Source: Candidatus Methylomirabilota bacterium
GTDB taxonomy: Bacteria; Methylomirabilota; Methylomirabilia; Rokubacteriales; CSP1-6
Direction: 5' to 3'
Assembly (NCBI GenBank): GCA_035709005.1
Contig: DASTFB010000059.1
Location: 13,472-77,471 of the forward strand
DNA: 64,000 nucleotides
A program made the translations under genes and the position numbers. How positions within the stretch are numbered: position 1 is the stretch's first letter; each line of letters opens with the position of its first letter. A model generated the notes under the pieces. It worked only from the letters and a program-made list of their open reading frames with translations. It had not been told where the DNA came from and made no database searches. Positions 20,318-29,926 of this stretch are shown piece by piece.

Positions 20318-23300
20318 ATGCTGACGCCGTGGGCCATCCTCACCGTCGCCCTCATCTACGTGCTGGGACTCTTCGCCATCGCTTATGTCGGCGACCGGCG
20401 GGCCCGGGCCGGACACCGCGTCATCGACAGCCCGGTCATCTACTCGCTGTCGCTCGCCGTCTACTGCACATCGTGGACGTTCTACGGCAGCGTCGGGCGG
20501 GCCGTGGCCTCCGGCGTGGGCTTCTTGCCCATCTACCTCGGGCCGACGTTGATGGCGGTCCTGTGGTGGTTCGTGCTGCGCAAGACGGTCCGGATCGCCA
20601 AGGCCAACAACATCACGTCGATCGCCGATTTCCTCGGCTCCCGGTACGGCCAGTCGGCGCTGCTGGGCGCGGTGGTCGCGGTGGTCACGGTCGTGGGCAT
20701 CACCCCCTACATTGCGCTGCAGCTCAAGGCGATCGCCCAGACCTTCGAGGTCCTCCGCCAGTACCCGGCCGTACCGCTGAACCTGGTCGCCTCGGCCACC
20801 CGACCTTTCTACACCGACACCGCCTTCGGCACCGCCGTCATCCTGGCCGTCTTCAGCATCATGTTCGGCGCCCGTGACCTCGACTCCTCGCGCCGCCACG
20901 AGGGGTTGGTGGCCACCATCGCCTTCGAGTCGCTGGTCAAGCTCCTGGCCTTCCTGGCCGTCGGGATCTTCGTCACCTACGGGATATTCGGCGGATTCGT
21001 CGACATCTTCGACCGTATCGCCGGCGACCCGGAGTACGCCCGGTTCCTCGGGGGCGATCCGGCGTTCTCCTACGGCGACTGGGCGGCCCTGACCTGGCTG
21101 TCGATGATGGCCATCATGTTCCTGCCTCGACAGTTCCACATGGCAGTGATCGGAAACAGCCGGGAGGCGCACATCAAGACGGCCATGTGGATGTTTCCCA
21201 CCTATCTGCTGCTGATCAACATCTTCGTCCTCCCCATCGCCTTCGGCGGCGTGCTGATCTTCCCCCAGGCGTCCGCCACCACCGCCGACTACTTCGTGCT
21301 GACCCTGCCCATGGCCCAGCACCAGCAGGGGCTGGCCCTGTTCGCCTTCATCGGTGGCATCTCGGCGGCCACCGGGATGGTCATCGTGGAGTCGATCGCG
21401 CTGTCCACGATGATCCTCAACAACCTGGTGGTGCCGTGGCTGGTCCGCCTGGGCATGACCCGGGACATCTCGGGGCTGCTGATCAACGTGAAGCGTCTGG
21501 CCATCGTGGTGACCATCGTCCTCGGCTATGCCTACTACCACTTGATCGGGGAGTCGTACACGCTGGTGAACATCGGGCTGATCTCGTTCGCCGCCGTCGC
21601 CCAATTCGCCCCCGCCTTCTTCGGGGGCCTCTACTGGCGGGGGGCGACCCGGCAGGGCGCGCTGGCCGGGCTATCGGCCGGGTTCCTCATCTGGTTCTAC
21701 ACACTGCTCCTGCCTTCGTTCGTCCGCTCCGGCTGGGTGCCGGAGAGCCTGGTGGTGGCGGGCCCCTTCGGCGTCGACTGGCTGCGCCCTGAGCAGCTCT
21801 TCGGCGTGGTCATGGGCTCGTGGTCCAACACCGTCTTCTGGTCCCTGGCCTTCAACGTGACCGCCTTCGCCCTAGTATCGCTCTATACCCGGCCGTCGGT
21901 GCTGGACATTGCCCAGGCCGACCGCTTCGTGGGCGCATTCGAGGAGCCGGCCTTGCGGCCGCCGGCCCCGGTGGCCGGCCACGCGCTGGCCGCCGAGGGG
22001 CTCGAAGAGCTGGTGGCCAAGTTCACCGGCCGCGACAAGGCTCAGGCCGCGTTCGCGGCGTTCTTCGAGGGCCGGGGGACGGGGGACCGGCAGCACCTCA
22101 CCGAGGTCGACCGCCGCGAGCTGCTGGCCTTCGCCGAGCGCACGCTGTCGGGCGCTGTCGGGACCGCCTCGGCCCAGGCCATCATCGAGGGCGTCGGACA
22201 GGTGGCCACCGGGCGCTTCGAGGCGATCTTCGACGTCTTCGGCAAGGTGTCGCAGTCGCTGGAGCAGAGCCGGGAGGACTTGCAGCGGCGGGTGCGCGAG
22301 CTGTCGCTGCTCAACGAGGTGACCCGCCGCATCGCCTCCAGCCTCGACCCCCAGCGCATGATGGACGGCGTGGTCGACCTGTTGAGCCGGGAGTTCCAGT
22401 TCGACGTGCTGACCGTTCGCCTGCACGACGCCGACGGCCGGCTCCGGATCAAGAGCCATGCCGGGCTCCCGCCCAGTGCCGACCTCTCGCGGGGCGACCC
22501 GGTGTCGCGCGACACCTACTTCGGCGAATGCTTCGTCGACGCCCGGGTGATCGTGGTCGAGGACACCACGCTCATCCGCAAGCCCCTGGTCTTCCCGGGG
22601 CCGGAAGGCCCGGCGCCCCGATCCTTCGTCCATGCTCCCATCGCCATAGAAGAACGGCCGATCGGCGTCCTGTCGGCCTACTCCTCCACTGGCCACGTGT
22701 ACTTCTCACCTGAATTCTTACAGTTCTTTCGCACCCTGGCCGCCCAGTTGGGGCTGGGCCTCCAGAACGCCCAGCTCTACCGGGAGCTGGGCGACCTCTC
22801 GCGGGCCCTGGAGGAGAAGGTCCACCAGCGGACGGCTGAGCTGGAAGAAGCCAACCGGCGGCTCACGGAGCTGGACCGGCTCAAGAGCGACTTCGTGTCC
22901 ACGGTGTCCCACGAGCTACGCACGCCGCTGACGTCGATCCGGTCCCTGTCCGAAAGCCTGCTCGAGAGTCTCCGCGCCGGCGGCGACATCGCCCGCAGCC
23001 GTCAAGAGCAGTTCCTGGCCATCATCACCGAGGAGAGCCAGCGGCTGTCCCGGATGATTAACCAGCTCCTCGACCTCTCGCGCATCGAGGCGGGCAAGAT
23101 GGAGTGGCGCCTGGAGCGGCTGGACCTCGGTGAGGTCGTGGCCCATTCCGTCGACACCCACCGGGCGCTCTTCGATATGAAGGGCATTGACATCGCCACC
23201 GACCATGTGGACGGCGCCGTTCCGGTGGTGGCCGACCGCGACAAGATCATCCAGGTTCTGACCAATCTCCTGTCCAACGCCGCCAAGTTCACCCCGGCCG

Positions 23301-23575
23301 GGGGGCGGGTCCGGATCCGGACGCTGCGGGCGGCGGCCGATGCCATCGTCGAGGTGGAGGACACCGGTCCCGGCATTCCACCGACGCAGATCGACACGAT
23401 CTTCGAGCGGTTCCGTCAGGTCGGCGACACGCTGACCGCCAAGCCGGAAGGCGCCGGGCTCGGCCTCCCCATCAGCCGGGAAATCGTCCAGCACCACGGA
23501 GGGTCGCTCACCGTGCGGAGCGAATCGGGCCGGGGGAGCTGCTTTCGGATGAGCCTGCCCCTGGGCGCCTCCTGA
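20318..23575 (+). CDS. SLC5-STAC-like-GAF histidine kinase (CrbS-like)
   Basis: YCTSWTFYGSVG, TPYIALQLKA, FLPRQFH; GAF domain; SHELRTP, NLLSNA, DTGPG, GAGLGL. Confidence 0.9.
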   Translation: MLTPWAILTVALIYVLGLFAIAYVGDRRARAGHRVIDSPVIYSLSLAVYCTSWTFYGSVGRAVASGVGFLPIYLGPTLMAVLWWFVLRKTVRIAKANNITSIADFLGSRYGQSALLGAVVAVVTVVGITPYIALQLKAIAQTFEVLRQYPAVPLNLVASATRPFYTDTAFGTAVILAVFSIMFGARDLDSSRRHEGLVATIAFESLVKLLAFLAVGIFVTYGIFGGFVDIFDRIAGDPEYARFLGGDPAFSYGDWAALTWLSMMAIMFLPRQFHMAVIGNSREAHIKTAMWMFPTYLLLINIFVLPIAFGGVLIFPQASATTADYFVLTLPMAQHQQGLALFAFIGGISAATGMVIVESIALSTMILNNLVVPWLVRLGMTRDISGLLINVKRLAIVVTIVLGYAYYHLIGESYTLVNIGLISFAAVAQFAPAFFGGLYWRGATRQGALAGLSAGFLIWFYTLLLPSFVRSGWVPESLVVAGPFGVDWLRPEQLFGVVMGSWSNTVFWSLAFNVTAFALVSLYTRPSVLDIAQADRFVGAFEEPALRPPAPVAGHALAAEGLEELVAKFTGRDKAQAAFAAFFEGRGTGDRQHLTEVDRRELLAFAERTLSGAVGTASAQAIIEGVGQVATGRFEAIFDVFGKVSQSLEQSREDLQRRVRELSLLNEVTRRIASSLDPQRMMDGVVDLLSREFQFDVLTVRLHDADGRLRIKSHAGLPPSADLSRGDPVSRDTYFGECFVDARVIVVEDTTLIRKPLVFPGPEGPAPRSFVHAPIAIEERPIGVLSAYSSTGHVYFSPEFLQFFRTLAAQLGLGLQNAQLYRELGDLSRALEEKVHQRTAELEEANRRLTELDRLKSDFVSTVSHELRTPLTSIRSLSESLLESLRAGGDIARSRQEQFLAIITEESQRLSRMINQLLDLSRIEAGKMEWRLERLDLGEVVAHSVDTHRALFDMKGIDIATDHVDGAVPVVADRDKIIQVLTNLLSNAAKFTPAGGRVRIRTLRAAADAIVEVEDTGPGIPPTQIDTIFERFRQVGDTLTAKPEGAGLGLPISREIVQHHGGSLTVRSESGRGSCFRMSLPLGAS

Positions 23576-23595
23576 CGCCGCTCCCGACGTCGGCC

Positions 23596-25056
23596 TCAGT
23601 TGAGGATCTGCGTGAAGTAACGATCCTCGACCTTGCCCTGGAGGTGGTGGATCGCCCGAAAGGCATCCCGCAGGCGGCGCTGATCAGCGCGGCCGAGCGC
23701 GTAGGGATCGAGGAAGTTGTCGGGCTCCTGGCCGGCATCGAGCTGGGCCAGCTGGTGGCGCAGCCGCAGCCGAAAGATCGTTTCGTAGGCGGCGCGGATC
23801 TCGTCGGTCTCGCCCTCGGTGAAGCAGCGGCCGACGCGGGCGGCCGCCTCCAGGCGCTCGATGGTATTCGTCTCGTCGAGCCCGAGCTCGATCGCATACG
23901 CCCGGAGGGCGTTGTTGAGGAGGAGCATGCCCCCCAGCTTCACGTTGACCCCCCGGCGGCCGTTGGACCGCTGGCACTTGAATCGGCCGAAGAGCCCCAG
24001 GGGTGGTGCGTGAGACACCGCAATCTTGGCCAGATACCTCGGGAAGGACCGCCAGGTCGTGACCCGGGCGCGAACTTCGTCCCGGAGATCTCGGGCCAGG
24101 CGCGCCTCCCCGGCCACCGGCCGGAAGTCCAGATAGATCGAGGCGTACATGAGATGCTCCGGCGTGGTGTCGCGGGCCCAATCCTCGAAGTACCCGCGCC
24201 ACACCGACAGCGGCTGGCACCACCGGGGGTTCGAGGCCATGGACCCGCCGCGGCAGCGCGGGTAGCCGAGCCGGACCAGCCCCTCGATGGCGCGCTCCGC
24301 GAAGGCCAGGAAGTAGCGCTGGGCCGCATTCCCCATCCCCGCCGGTGGGTCCTCGTAGACCAGCCCGTTGTCCTGATCGGTGCGCAGCGTTTGCTCCCGA
24401 CGCCCCTCGCTGCCCAGGGCCAGCCAGCAGAACGCCACCGGAGGCGCGGCGAAGCCCTCGTCCCGCAGGCCCTCCTCAGCGAAACCGAGCGTGCGGCGGA
24501 TGAGCTGGTCGTTGACTTCCGATACGATCCGGCCGATCTCGTATCCGCTCAAGCCCTGATCGACCAGTTGCCGCACCACCGCCGTTAGGTCGGGAACGCG
24601 GGTGGCCAAATCATCGAACGACGTGCTGGCCTGAATCGCCCGCACCAGCTCCAGGGGCTGCGTGGCCTCCACCCGCAGGAGATCGTCACTGGTCACGAGC
24701 CCCAGCAGGCGGCCGCCCTCGACGACGAGCAGGTGGTGGATGCCGTGACGGGCCATCTCCACGACCGCCTCGAGTACGAACGCCTCGGGCGAGACGCTTA
24801 CCAGCGGCGTGGTCATGATGGCCATGACCGGCTCCGCCGGCGATCGGCCCACTGCCAGCACCCGCTCCCGCAGGTCCCGATCGGTGATGATGCCCCGGGG
24901 CTGGCCATCGGGGTCCAGGACGATGATCGACGTTCCGCCCTGCGCGGTCATGGCCCGACTGGCCGTGGCGATAGTGTCCGTCATCAGGCAGGTGATGAGC
25001 GGGCGCTTGAGCAGCGAGCGGATCTGAAGGCTGAGCGGGGAGGTCGCGTCGACCAG
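23596..25056 (-). CDS. CBS-CBS-DUF294 nucleotidyltransferase-DUF294_C protein (first ATG 24984; frame extends to CTG 25056)
   Basis: GIITDRDLR and IHHLLVV (CBS pair); LGSEGRREQTLRTDQDNG (NTase GS/DxD motif); MASNPRW; LDFRPVAG. Confidence 0.85.
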   Translation of the reverse strand: MVDATSPLSLQIRSLLKRPLITCLMTDTIATASRAMTAQGGTSIIVLDPDGQPRGIITDRDLRERVLAVGRSPAEPVMAIMTTPLVSVSPEAFVLEAVVEMARHGIHHLLVVEGGRLLGLVTSDDLLRVEATQPLELVRAIQASTSFDDLATRVPDLTAVVRQLVDQGLSGYEIGRIVSEVNDQLIRRTLGFAEEGLRDEGFAAPPVAFCWLALGSEGRREQTLRTDQDNGLVYEDPPAGMGNAAQRYFLAFAERAIEGLVRLGYPRCRGGSMASNPRWCQPLSVWRGYFEDWARDTTPEHLMYASIYLDFRPVAGEARLARDLRDEVRARVTTWRSFPRYLAKIAVSHAPPLGLFGRFKCQRSNGRRGVNVKLGGMLLLNNALRAYAIELGLDETNTIERLEAAARVGRCFTEGETDEIRAAYETIFRLRLRHQLAQLDAGQEPDNFLDPYALGRADQRRLRDAFRAIHHLQGKVEDRYFTQILN

Positions 25057-25181
25057 GCTGCGTTCGTCTCCTGGAGCGTTTGCGTTCTCGGCGAGTCAGT
25101 ATAGTCGGAAACGACGGTGAGGCGGGAGCGAGCGGCGGGGCGGAGGTCCTCCTCCGCCCCGCCGGGCCGACGAGACTTCAG

Positions 25182-25262
25182 TTAGCCGAAGTACACGAAC
25201 ATGAAGATGAGCGCGAAGATGACCGTTCCGAAGGTCCAGATCTCGGGGAGTCCGATCTTCAT
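25182..25262 (-). CDS. 26-aa single-TM microprotein coupled to the SLC5 transporter
   Basis: AGGAG RBS, ATGA overlap with the transporter stop; MKIGLPEIWTFGTVIFALIFMFVYFG. Confidence 0.65.
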   Translation of the reverse strand: MKIGLPEIWTFGTVIFALIFMFVYFG

Positions 25263-27148
25263 GCCCTGCTCTCCTTGCCGGCCGGCTCGGCGTCGCTGCC
25301 GCCGGCCAGGGCCGGAGCTACCTCGTGCACCACGAGCTTGACGTCGCGTTCGGCACGCTGGATCTGGGCCTCACCCAAGAACGAGAGCCCGGCCTTGAAG
25401 CAGAGGCCCCACATCATGATGACGCCCAGCAGCCACCAGACGATCTGCCAGGCCCACAGCGGCGGGAAGCCGAGGAACGAGAACGCCGTGTTCCCCCACA
25501 CCGCGAACGGCCCGATGGCGAAGAGGTACCAGACAGGGACGATCACCCACATCGCCTTCCGCCACGCCTTCTGCGACTCCGAGGCCCGGTCGATGTCGTT
25601 CAGCCAGGTCCGGATCTCGCGCTGCCGCTCGCGGATCTCGGGGGAGTCCGTGAAGATCTTGCTGAGGACGAGCGCCACGATCAGGCCGACCCCGAGGCCC
25701 CAGCCCGCCGAGTGGATCGTCCAGAGGTACCCGAAGGTCTGGGCCCAGGGGCTGATGTTGATGTCGGTGATGATGACCACCAAGATGCCGATGAGGAGGC
25801 CGGCGACGGCGCCCACGCCGCGAATGGGCCAGCCATAGACGACTCCCAGTAGCGCCACGTACATGAGCGTGCCGAAGGCGGTGGCTAGCCCGCCGAGCAT
25901 GACGAGGGCGGCCGCCGAATAGATCGAGATGATCATGGCCACCGAGGCGATGACGACGGCGAAGACCCGGGCCATCCAGATCTGCTCGCCGTGGCCGGCG
26001 GTGGGCCGGATGTAGCGGAAGTACACGTCGCGAGCCAGGATGGTCGAGCCGGTGCCGATGTAGGGCGCCGCGGTCGACTGCATGGCGGCCAGGGCGCCGA
26101 TGGTCACGAACGCCAGGAAGAAGCCGGGCAGGTAGTGCTCCATCAGCGCCGGCACCAGGTTGCGATCCGAGACGACCACCCCGAGGGCCTTGGACACCTC
26201 TTCGGCGACCACGCGGCCGCCCATACCCTGGATGGCCGTGAAGAAGAAGAGGGCGAAGCCCACGAAGAAGGTCGAGGCGATGGCCTGCTGCCAGGGGAAG
26301 GGGCGCGGGTTCTTGTTGGAGAAGGCCCACATGGTGAAGGCCGGCGAGGACTGGATCCCCATGAGCGAGAACATGTAGGTGAGGATCATCGCCCCGGTCC
26401 AGATCGTCTTGCCCGAGGTGAACTGGATCATCCCGGGTGATCCGGCCGTGGCTCCGGGGCCTCCCGGGATCTCGAGGTATTTCGGGTCGAGGGCGCTGAT
26501 CTTCGGGGCCAGGACCGACCAGCCGCCGGTGGAATGCAGCACGAATGCGCCCAGTGTGATGATGCCGCTGATCAGGAGGATGCACTGCAGCGCGTCCACC
26601 CACGCGATCGACCGGATGCCGCCCGCCGCCACGTAGAACACCACGATGGACGCCAGCAGGACCGAGCCCCACACGATGGGGATCTGCTTACCGGTCACCA
26701 GGTGAAAGAGATTGCCAGAGGCGATGAGCTGGACGGCCGAGTAGAACGAGGAGTACAGGAAGGCCACGATGACCACCAGCCAGCGCATGAACTCCGAGCC
26801 GTAGTAGTAGGAGTACATGTCGCCCGGCGTGATGAAGCCGTAGCGCTTACCCAGGAGCCACTGCCGCTTGGCGAAGAAGGCCCCGGTGATCGGGATGGTC
26901 AGGACGTAGAAGGAGGCGAAGGCGTAGGAGAGCCCGTCACGCCAGATCAGGCCGGGGTGTCCGATGAAGGTCCATCCCGAGAAGGACGTGGCGGTCGCAG
27001 CCAGGATGAAGATCCACATCGGCAGGGCCCGCCCCGCAACCATATAGGCGCCCGCCGTTCTCGACTTGCGGGCGCCCTGGATCCCCCAGTAAATGCAGTA
27101 GATCCAGTACAGGATGACGAGGGTCCACACCCATGCGACTGGACTCAT
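25259..27148 (-). CDS. Sodium:solute symporter (SLC5) transporter
   Basis: AAGGAG RBS; YMVAGR, SFSGWTFIGHPG, GFITPGD, GGIRSIAWVD, GALAAMQST; many TMs. Confidence 0.9.
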   Translation of the reverse strand: MSPVAWVWTLVILYWIYCIYWGIQGARKSRTAGAYMVAGRALPMWIFILAATATSFSGWTFIGHPGLIWRDGLSYAFASFYVLTIPITGAFFAKRQWLLGKRYGFITPGDMYSYYYGSEFMRWLVVIVAFLYSSFYSAVQLIASGNLFHLVTGKQIPIVWGSVLLASIVVFYVAAGGIRSIAWVDALQCILLISGIITLGAFVLHSTGGWSVLAPKISALDPKYLEIPGGPGATAGSPGMIQFTSGKTIWTGAMILTYMFSLMGIQSSPAFTMWAFSNKNPRPFPWQQAIASTFFVGFALFFFTAIQGMGGRVVAEEVSKALGVVVSDRNLVPALMEHYLPGFFLAFVTIGALAAMQSTAAPYIGTGSTILARDVYFRYIRPTAGHGEQIWMARVFAVVIASVAMIISIYSAAALVMLGGLATAFGTLMYVALLGVVYGWPIRGVGAVAGLLIGILVVIITDINISPWAQTFGYLWTIHSAGWGLGVGLIVALVLSKIFTDSPEIRERQREIRTWLNDIDRASESQKAWRKAMWVIVPVWYLFAIGPFAVWGNTAFSFLGFPPLWAWQIVWWLLGVIMMWGLCFKAGLSFLGEAQIQRAERDVKLVVHEVAPALAGGSDAEPAGKESRA

Positions 27149-27254
27149 GCGCGGCTCCTTTCGCTGAGGCTCGCTGCGCGCTCCACCAGGGTCGTCCGCA
27201 CGCCTGGCGTGAGGGCTTCGCCCGGCCGGGCAAGCCGGAGCGGAGGACGCTGCA

Positions 27255-27270
27255 AGCACCCGGTATGCCA
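27255..27270 (-). promoter_or_regulatory. Sigma54 (-24/-12) promoter for the SLC5 transporter
   Basis: TGGCATACCGGGTGCT, with GG and GC at consensus spacing. Confidence 0.6.
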
Positions 27271-27311
27271 GCTTGCTCTCTCGGCAGCCCGAAGATCTGT
27301 ATGTGGCGATA

Positions 27312-27324
27312 AATCAGGGCCTTA
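27312..27324 (+). promoter_or_regulatory. IHF-consensus site
   Basis: AATCAG-GGCC-TTA matches WATCAR-N4-TTR, ~42-54 bp upstream of the -24 box. Confidence 0.5.
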
Positions 27325-27514
27325 GGGCCTCGTGCGACGGTTAGCGTGGCCAGGGCCGGATCTGGTAGCAGGACCATGGAGCGGCGCCTGCAGTTGTGTT
27401 CATGCGTGACTTTCTCGGGGATTAGATGACGGCCTCCTTACCAAGGCGCCATGGTGTTCAGGCCAGCGGACGATCTCCGGTGACCTCTAGGGGGCTTGCC
27501 GTCGCCGGTGTACC

Positions 27515-28180
27515 TTGTCAGGCGTGGCGGGATTCTTTCCGATGTTCGTGCGTCTGGCAGGGCGCATCGTCGTCGTCGTGGGCGGTGGCGATCTCGCCGT
27601 GCGGACGGTCGAGGCGTTGCTGGCCTGCGAAGCCGAGGTGCGCGTGATCAGTCCCCGGCTGTCGGCCGGCTTCTCACGGTTTCGAGGCGCGCCCAACCTC
27701 ACCCTGATCAAGCGCGGGCTGCAGAACGGCGATCTGGAGGACGCGCTGCTGGCGTTGGCCGTGGACGACGACCCCTCGGTCAACCTGCACGCGGCCCGGC
27801 AGGGCCTGGAGTGGAACGTGCTGGTCAGCGTCGCCGACGAGCTGGCTCTCAGCGACTTCGTGGTTCCCTCGTTCGTGCACCGGGGCGGGCTCACCCTGGC
27901 CCTGCACGCCGGCACACCCAACACGGCGTTGGCCCGGCGCATCAGCGAGGATCTCGAACGAGCGCTGAGTCCTGAGTACGGCGACTTCATCGCCGCGCTG
28001 GACCGGGCGCGGGAGCGCCTGGGCCGGGAGGTCGCCGACCACGAGTTGCGGCGCTCTCTGTTCGAGCGGATCGTCCGTTCCGATTTGCTCGCCGTGATCA
28101 AGCGCGACGGTGCCGCCGCCGCCGACACCCACATCGCGGCCCTCCTCGGCGGCGCCGGGGTCGCCACGCCCGGCGACTGA
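27515..28180 (+). CDS. Precorrin-2 dehydrogenase/sirohydrochlorin ferrochelatase (CysG N-terminal/Met8-like)
   Basis: FFPMFVRL..VVVVGGG; VSVADE..SDFVVPS.VHRG; LARRISE. Confidence 0.85.
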   Translation: MSGVAGFFPMFVRLAGRIVVVVGGGDLAVRTVEALLACEAEVRVISPRLSAGFSRFRGAPNLTLIKRGLQNGDLEDALLALAVDDDPSVNLHAARQGLEWNVLVSVADELALSDFVVPSFVHRGGLTLALHAGTPNTALARRISEDLERALSPEYGDFIAALDRARERLGREVADHELRRSLFERIVRSDLLAVIKRDGAAAADTHIAALLGGAGVATPGD

Positions 28181-28341
28181 TCGCCCGCCGCAGCTCTTCC
28201 CCGGCCCCTTCCCTCCTGAGCCGCGCTCGGCAACAAGCGACGCCATCGGAAACGGCCGGCTTCCTCGTACAATACCGTCGGCGGCGGGCGGACGCGGTCG
28301 GCGGAAAGCCACGGCGGTCCTGGCGACGAGCGGGAGGGGCG

Positions 28342-28809
28342 ATGGCGATGATGCTCGTGTTCTCGGTCTGTTTCGCGTTCTGGCTCGCGCTGTCGGGCTC
28401 CCTCGCGCCGCTGCCGCTCACGCTGGGCGTGGTCAGCTCGGCCGTCGTCGCCTGGGCGAATCGCGACCTCGAGCTGGTCAGCCGCGCCGTGCGGGTCTCG
28501 CCGCGCTTGGTCACGTACGTGCCGTGGCTGCTCAAGGAGATCGCGGTGGCCAACATCCAGGTCGCCCGCCTCGTCCTGGATCCCCGCCTGCCCATCGACC
28601 CGGTGATCGTTCGGTTCGACACGCGCTTGTCGACCGACCTGGCCCGTACGACGTTCGCCAACTCCATCACGCTGACGCCCGGCACCGTGACCCTCGACAG
28701 CGAAGGCTCGGAATTGGTGGTGCATGCGTTGACGCGGGGCATGGCCGATCTCGCCGGCGGGACGATGGAGCGCCGCATCGCCGCGGTGTTCGGCGAGGCG
28801 TGGCCGTGA
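28342..28809 (+). CDS. mnhE: Mrp/Mnh antiporter subunit E
   Basis: WLLKEIAVANIQVA, ANSITLTPGT. Confidence 0.88.
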   Translation: MAMMLVFSVCFAFWLALSGSLAPLPLTLGVVSSAVVAWANRDLELVSRAVRVSPRLVTYVPWLLKEIAVANIQVARLVLDPRLPIDPVIVRFDTRLSTDLARTTFANSITLTPGTVTLDSEGSELVVHALTRGMADLAGGTMERRIAAVFGEAWP

Positions 28810-29081
28810 CGCCCCCCGGGCTGTTCCTGGGGATGGCGGTCACGCTCCTGGTGCTGGTGACCGCTTATCTCTATCGCCTGGCCGCCGGGCCCACCGTGTT
28901 CGATCGTCTGCTCGGGCTGAGCGGGTTCGGCACCAAGGCCACCCTGGTCTTTCTGCTGATCGGGGCCGTGTACGAGCGCTTCGAGATGTTCGTCGATGTC
29001 GGCCTCGCCTATGCGCTGCTCATGTTCATCGGGTCGCTGGCCGCCGCGCAGTACTTCGAGCACGGAGGCCCTCGTCGGTGA
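28806..29081 (+). CDS. mnhF: Mrp/Mnh antiporter subunit F
   Basis: GPTVFDRLL, FIGSLAAA; GTGA overlap. Confidence 0.85.
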   Translation: MTPPGLFLGMAVTLLVLVTAYLYRLAAGPTVFDRLLGLSGFGTKATLVFLLIGAVYERFEMFVDVGLAYALLMFIGSLAAAQYFEHGGPRR

Positions 29082-29395
29082 TCGTCCTCCTCGTCCTCGT
29101 CCTGGGCGCGGCCCTCTTCTTTCACGCCGTGGCGGCCGTCGGCGTGCTCCGGATGCCGGATTTCTACACGCGCCTGCACGCGGTCTCCAAGGCCGAGACG
29201 CTGGGAGTCGTGTTCACCGCCACCGCGCTCGTCCTCTGGGTCGGCCCGAGCCTGCTGGCGCTGAAGATCGTGTTCGTCGCGGTGTTCCTGTTCCTGGCCA
29301 ACCCGACGTCGACCCACGCCATCGGTCGCGCCGCGCTGCGGACCGGCGTGCGGCCGTGGGAACGGGCGCCGGCCCCGGGACCTCCAGACGAATGA
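29078..29395 (+). CDS. mnhG: Mrp/Mnh antiporter subunit G
   Basis: GVLRMPDFYTRLHA.SKA.TLG, NPTSTHAI. Confidence 0.9.
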   Translation: MIVLLVLVLGAALFFHAVAAVGVLRMPDFYTRLHAVSKAETLGVVFTATALVLWVGPSLLALKIVFVAVFLFLANPTSTHAIGRAALRTGVRPWERAPAPGPPDE

Positions 29396-29919
29396 GCGAG
29401 CTCCTCGTCGCCGTCTTGCTGCTCCTGCTGGTCCTCCTGGCCGTCATCGCCGTACGCGCCGCCGACCTGCTGCTGGCGGCCATCGCCCTGGGGGCGTACG
29501 GCTTCGTCCTGTCCCTCATGTGGGCGGCGATCGGTGCGGTCGACGTGGCCTTCACGGAGGCGGTGGTGGGCGCCGGCGCCACCACGGTTCTCTTCCTCGC
29601 GACCCTGCTGCGCACGTCCCGCCGGCGCTCGCCGGCGGCCAGCCCGGTGCGCTGGCTCGCGCTGGCCGTGGCGTTGGGCACCGGCGGGGTGCTCCTGGGC
29701 GTGACCCGAGGCCTGCCCATGTGGGGCGACCCAGCCTCGCCGCCCGCGCTCCACGTCTCGCCGCGGTACCTGGTCCGCACCCTGGAGGAGACGGGCACGC
29801 CGAACGCGGTCACGTCGGTGCTCGCCGACTATCGGGGCTACGACACGCTGGTCGAGACGACGGTGATCCTGACGGCGGGCCTCGGCTGCTGGCTGCTGCT
29901 CAGTCCAGGTCGAAAGTGA
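29392..29919 (+). CDS. MrpB-related DUF4040 subunit
   Basis: DVAFTEAVVGAG, NAVTSVLADYRGYDTLVE. Confidence 0.82.
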   Translation: MSELLVAVLLLLLVLLAVIAVRAADLLLAAIALGAYGFVLSLMWAAIGAVDVAFTEAVVGAGATTVLFLATLLRTSRRRSPAASPVRWLALAVALGTGGVLLGVTRGLPMWGDPASPPALHVSPRYLVRTLEETGTPNAVTSVLADYRGYDTLVETTVILTAGLGCWLLLSPGRK

Positions 29920-29926
29920 CGGGACG

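Noticed and set aside
25096-25101. In-frame TGA upstream of the DUF294 gene as a second Sec codon
   Set aside because: No recognisable domain continues upstream, and a -10 box overlaps the site.
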